Shown piece after piece: positions 60,138 to 64,000 of a DNA stretch of 64,000 nt. The notes below the pieces were generated by a model, which saw nothing but the letters and a program-made list of their open reading frames with translations, was not told the origin of the DNA and did no database searches. Position numbers and translations under genes: made by a program. Source of the stretch: an uncultured Planctomycetia bacterium (GTDB lineage Bacteria; Omnitrophota; Gorgyraeia; Tantalellales; Tantalellaceae); contig CAZGQR010000001.1 in the NCBI GenBank assembly GCA_964527765.1, positions 246,353-310,352 on the forward strand. The letters run 5' to 3'. Position 1 is the first letter of the stretch. Every line of letters begins with the position of its first letter.

Positions 60138-61115
60138 TTAACGATTATAACATGCGTCGATAAGCCGCTCTAAGCTTGTGGTAGCCACGCATTGAACCGT
60201 ATCAGCGCCGCCGTAATAAATTTTGATCTCGCCGTTATCCTCCGCCACAGCCCCGCAGGTAAACACCACGCTGGGAGTCTGTCCCACGAGTTCGTATTGC
60301 TCCTCGGGGATCAGGATCGCGTCCTCAGACATGGCCTTGACTTTTGACGGGTCCTCCAAATCCAAAAGGCACACGCCTAATTGATAAACAAGGTGCGATT
60401 TGCATTGACTGCGCACTCCGTGAAAAATGCTCAACCATCCCTCGGGTGTCCTGATGGGGGTGGCTCCCGGCCCGATCTTTGTCCAGGCCCAGCGGATCCC
60501 CTCCCAGTTCCTGAACACGCACTTACTCTTTCCCCAAAAGATCAGATCCGGGGAATAAGACACCCAGATATCCCCGGTATCGGCCCCGGTATTGGGCCGG
60601 TCAAGGCGCGCGTACAAGCCGCCTATCTTCTCCGGGAAAAGCACCCCGTTGCGGTTATCTGTTTCAGAGATGAACCCCATCCACTGGAATTTCTCGAAGT
60701 CCTTTGTCTTCACCAGGCTCAGCCGGCAGGTGTGGCCTGAGTGCGCGGCATGGACTATGTAATACGTATCTCCGATCTTCGTCACGCGCGGATCATAATA
60801 CATGCCGGTGGTGTATTCCTTAAATTCCGGGTCATCATGGGGCATATCAACCGCCTTTGGCCGCGGTTTAAAATGATAACCGTCCGCGCTTTCCGCGATC
60901 CAAAAACGGTCAGCCAAAGCGGAATTCTCCACCCGGCAGACCATTATGTAAACACCATTGTGTTTCACGATGCCGGAATTAAAAACAGTTTTAATATTGG
61001 CCTCGGCGGGAAAATCCTTACCTGTCAAGATAGGATTGCCCTTATACCGCTTGCATATAGGATACTTTTTTGTGCTCACGTCTAACACCTCCGAATCTGT
61101 ATTCAAGCCTGACAC
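60138..61115 (-). CDS. glycoside hydrolase family 130 (beta-mannoside phosphorylase-like)
   Basis: GH130 (DUF377) family along its length, 325 aa. Confidence 0.8.
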   Translation of the reverse strand: MSGLNTDSEVLDVSTKKYPICKRYKGNPILTGKDFPAEANIKTVFNSGIVKHNGVYIMVCRVENSALADRFWIAESADGYHFKPRPKAVDMPHDDPEFKEYTTGMYYDPRVTKIGDTYYIVHAAHSGHTCRLSLVKTKDFEKFQWMGFISETDNRNGVLFPEKIGGLYARLDRPNTGADTGDIWVSYSPDLIFWGKSKCVFRNWEGIRWAWTKIGPGATPIRTPEGWLSIFHGVRSQCKSHLVYQLGVCLLDLEDPSKVKAMSEDAILIPEEQYELVGQTPSVVFTCGAVAEDNGEIKIYYGGADTVQCVATTSLERLIDACYNR

Positions 61116-61145
61116 CTCCCAACCCCCTTGCGCACACTGTTCTTA

Positions 61146-61925
61146 TTAGGTAATATCCAGCCACTCTGTATCGGCCCTATTCCATTCCAAAACCGTATGT
61201 CCCCTATCCTCAAAGAATGCCCGGACTTTTCCCTCATCGTATTTTAGCAGGTCCTGAAGAATAGGCACCAAGATAGAAAGAACGTTATCGGATATTACGC
61301 TTCTGCGGCAGATGTGCCCCATGTAAGGCGCCGGGGAAACGGTTATGGTATACCCCTGGTAGGACCTAACGTGTAACATCACATGGACATCGCTTGAACC
61401 GTCACCTACATAGATAATGGCATACCTGGTGACATTCTCTTTTTGCTTTAACATGTCAAGAGTGGATACTTTCGCGTGCCCGGCATTGGTCCTTTCAACA
61501 TCCTGGACGATGCCGTTTTTGTAAATAAAGGTCGTGCCGTAGATGTTTTCAGCGGGGAATATGTCTTCCACGGCCTTCTCGACACATTCTTTAGGCGCCG
61601 CGGATATTATATACGGGCTGAAATGGCAATCGTCAATTCCTTCGGTCAGGATCTTTATGAGTTCCGGAACCCCCTTTTTCAGCTCGATCTCTTCCCCTAC
61701 TTCATAAAGAAGGTCTTTACTTACTTTCCCGGCATAATCAGGGTCCCGGCTTATCAAATGCGCGAGTTCCCCGCCGAGCTGCACGATATTCCTGCGTTGT
61801 ATTTCCGCGATCTTACGGTCGAACTGCTCGGCAGATATCCCCAGCTTTGAGCTCAGTATATACCCCACATCCCCTTTAGAAAGCGTCTTGTCGAAATCAG
61901 AGACGAAGAGAATTTTTTTCTTCAT
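61146..61925 (-). CDS. HAD-superfamily phosphatase
   Basis: Motif I DFDKT at the N-terminus and motif IV GDGSSD near the C-terminus. Confidence 0.65.
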   Translation of the reverse strand: MKKKILFVSDFDKTLSKGDVGYILSSKLGISAEQFDRKIAEIQRRNIVQLGGELAHLISRDPDYAGKVSKDLLYEVGEEIELKKGVPELIKILTEGIDDCHFSPYIISAAPKECVEKAVEDIFPAENIYGTTFIYKNGIVQDVERTNAGHAKVSTLDMLKQKENVTRYAIIYVGDGSSDVHVMLHVRSYQGYTITVSPAPYMGHICRRSVISDNVLSILVPILQDLLKYDEGKVRAFFEDRGHTVLEWNRADTEWLDIT

Positions 61926-62057
61926 TTCAGCGCACTCCTTTTTAGCCATCCATTAAAGGTTATTAGTTTATCATCCGCGTGCCCAAATCACAACATAATT
62001 TTTGACGTTATGACAGGATATAGCCCGGTCAACGGTCTATTGTCAATGGTCTACTGC

Positions 62058-62894
62058 CTAACTGAGGTATTCTATTAACCCAAAAAGCCTCTGCCGGAGC
62101 TCGCCTCTATGCACGATCATATCTATAAGACCGTGTTCCAGCAGGAACTCCGAGCTCTGAAAACCGTCAGGAAGGTCCTGCTTTATGGTCTGCTTGATGA
62201 CCCTGGGCCCTGTAAATCCGATAAGAGCTTTCGGCTCGGCTATGATCACATCTCCAAGAGAGGCAAAACTGGCCATGATGCCGGCCATGGTGGGATTGGT
62301 AAGCACCGATATAAATGCTCCGCCGTTTTTATTCAATTTTTCAAGCGCGGCGCTTGTCTTGGCCATCTGCATGAGAGAAAGCATTCCTTCGTACATCCTG
62401 GCCCCTCCGCCGGAACCTGAAATGATGATCAGAGGGATCTTCTCCCTGTCAGCATGTTCGATCAGCCTGGTTATCTTCTCCCCGACCACGGACCCCATGG
62501 ATCCCATGATAAAGCGGGAATCGGTAACGCCCAGGGCAACGCGCCTTGTCTCTATGCGTCCCTCTCCGACAACGGCCGCCTCCTTCAATCCGGTCGCCTT
62601 CTGATCTTTCCTTATTTTGGTCGGATAGTCGCTCGGGCCCTTGAATTTCAAGGGATCGCCGCTTATCATATCCTTGTACATTTCGCGGAACGAACCCGGA
62701 TCCAGAACGACACTTATCCTCTCATAAGCGCCTATCGTGAAATGATAACCGCATTTTGAGCACACTTTCAGATTATCCTTGAGAGTCTTGTTATACAGAA
62801 GTTCCCCGCACCCGGGACACTTGGTCCATAACCCTCCGGGGATCTCCTTTTTTCTGGCTCCGCCAAATATGGGTTTTTTCTTGAAAAAAGCCAT
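62058..62894 (-). CDS. accD: acetyl-CoA carboxylase carboxyltransferase subunit beta
   Basis: N-terminal zinc ribbon CPGCGELLY...CSKCGYH and the carboxyltransferase domain. Confidence 0.88.
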   Translation of the reverse strand: MAFFKKKPIFGGARKKEIPGGLWTKCPGCGELLYNKTLKDNLKVCSKCGYHFTIGAYERISVVLDPGSFREMYKDMISGDPLKFKGPSDYPTKIRKDQKATGLKEAAVVGEGRIETRRVALGVTDSRFIMGSMGSVVGEKITRLIEHADREKIPLIIISGSGGGARMYEGMLSLMQMAKTSAALEKLNKNGGAFISVLTNPTMAGIMASFASLGDVIIAEPKALIGFTGPRVIKQTIKQDLPDGFQSSEFLLEHGLIDMIVHRGELRQRLFGLIEYLS

Positions 62895-62933
62895 CGCCCT
62901 CCCATAGGCCTTTCCGGGCAATGTGGCGCCCTT

Positions 62934-64000
62934 TTATCCCTCGGCCTTTACTTTTACTTTTTCAAATCTGTTGATCACAAGTCCCGTCAGAAGCTTGGGA
63001 TAAAAATATGTGGATTTTTGCGGCATCATCTCCCCAAGCTCAGCCACGGCCTTAAGCTGTTCCACGCGCGTCGGGTTCAGAAAGAACGCTCCCGTATGGC
63101 TCCCGTCCCTGACCAGAGATTCGGCGTCTTCCGGGTCCTTGACATAGGTGATATTCCCCTCGGCGTTACTGATCGATAAAATGCCGTCAAACACGGCTGA
63201 ATGTAATACGCTCACATCCAGCTCCTTCCACTCCGCCGGTTTCTTTTCCGTGACAAGCTTTAGCAAACCGCTCCTATCTCTGGGGCTCATAAAAAAGTAC
63301 CTGTTCCCGCCGAAAAAGCCGAAAGTGTTGCCTTCCGCGATCGACCCTTCGAGCCGCTCCATGAGAGCGGAGAGGCCGTCGCATTCCGCAATATCAAAAT
63401 ACTTGCCCAGTTTTGCCGCGACTTCGTCTTCATCCGCCGCCGGCATCACTTTTATGACTCTATGCGTAGCCATAACGGTCAGGCTGTCGCGCTCCAAGAG
63501 ATCCGTGAAATACATCATGACATGGTCAGCGCTGCCGTTATATCCGTTCTCCCGTTTCCGCATATCCCGGTAAGCCCTGGCAACCTCGTACCTGTGGTGA
63601 CCGTCCGCTATGAACACTTTTTTGCCGGCCATCCCGGAAACTATTTTCTTAACGGATCCCTCATCCGAAAGACGCCAAAGTTTGCAGCGCTCCCCGTCTA
63701 CCTCGGTATCAATGACCGGATTCGACGAGGATACGGCCTTCTCCAGTATCTCTTTGAGCGTCCCGTTCTCATCCTCATATAAGGTAAATATCGGGCTGAG
63801 ATTGCTCTCGACCTGCTTTATCAGGTTCATCCTGTCTTCCTTGGGCTTGGCATGCGTATATTCATGAGGTAAGACCGGGTCGCTGCCGGGGTCTCCTATT
63901 TTCATAAGCCCCATAAATCCTGCCCTGCGATGCCTTTTCCCCTTATAGTCATATTCCTGCAGATAAATGTAAAAAGACTCGCTGTCATCCCTTACCAACA
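62934..64000 (-). CDS. DUF1015-family protein (5' end beyond window)
   Basis: I recognise the 354 aa in the window as the conserved uncharacterised DUF1015 family. It carries no N-terminal Met. Confidence 0.55.
   Translation of the reverse strand, partial: LVRDDSESFYIYLQEYDYKGKRHRRAGFMGLMKIGDPGSDPVLPHEYTHAKPKEDRMNLIKQVESNLSPIFTLYEDENGTLKEILEKAVSSSNPVIDTEVDGERCKLWRLSDEGSVKKIVSGMAGKKVFIADGHHRYEVARAYRDMRKRENGYNGSADHVMMYFTDLLERDSLTVMATHRVIKVMPAADEDEVAAKLGKYFDIAECDGLSALMERLEGSIAEGNTFGFFGGNRYFFMSPRDRSGLLKLVTEKKPAEWKELDVSVLHSAVFDGILSISNAEGNITYVKDPEDAESLVRDGSHTGAFFLNPTRVEQLKAVAELGEMMPQKSTYFYPKLLTGLVINRFEKVKVKAEG

Overview
This 64-kb window is chromosomal core DNA with a large cell-envelope polysaccharide cluster. 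LptD and GT9 heptosyltransferases point to a diderm (Gram-negative-type) bacterium. Every gene I can support, roughly 60, lies on the minus strand; the long plus-strand ORFs in the track are antisense shadows. In minus-strand transcription order (high to low coordinate) the window holds:
- a DUF1015 gene (5'-truncated) and accD;
- a mannoside-utilisation module: HAD phosphatase, GH130 phosphorylase, GPH symporter, and a lone MalK/MsmX-like ABC ATPase;
- two tandem membrane GAF-GGDEF diguanylate cyclases, then lptD;
- an LPS core/O-antigen cluster of about 19 kb: ugd, rmlCABD, a WbpO/WbpP-like pair, a UXS-like decarboxylase, a DegT aminotransferase, WbaP, a ligase-like protein, GT2/GT9/GT-C glycosyltransferases and gmhB;
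- a GT28 MGDG-synthase-like gene, a family-4 UDG, a PilZ protein, priA, fmt, and a B12-binding radical SAM enzyme;
- gap-pgk-tpiA-secG;
- an Opp/Dpp-type ABC transporter;
- leuCDB-asd-truA;
- a compact AbrB-family gene with an overlapping 58-aa ORF;
- rplM-rpsI;
- an 11-gene fused arginine-lysine biosynthesis operon, argCJBDFGH-lysA-dapF-dapA-dapB.

I saw no rRNA, tRNA, CRISPR array, transposase or integrase. Promoters read directly from the sequence are canonical sigma-70 type (TTGACA-17-TATAcT). Items the gene models do not explain:
- the AbrB-family two-ORF cassette, which carries a palindromic operator over its own promoter;
- a roughly 147-bp element with 38-bp inverted arms between gmhB and the GT28 gene;
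- two copies of a 47-bp palindromic element (GGGACAGGTTyA/TrAACCwGTCCC) inside operons;
- a second shared palindrome (ATAACTTAmC/GkTAAGTTAT) upstream of fmt and ugd;
- a palindrome centred on the -10 box of the gap operon promoter;
- an orphan B12-radical SAM gene.

None of these can be assigned a function from sequence alone; each is ranked below with the test that would decide it.
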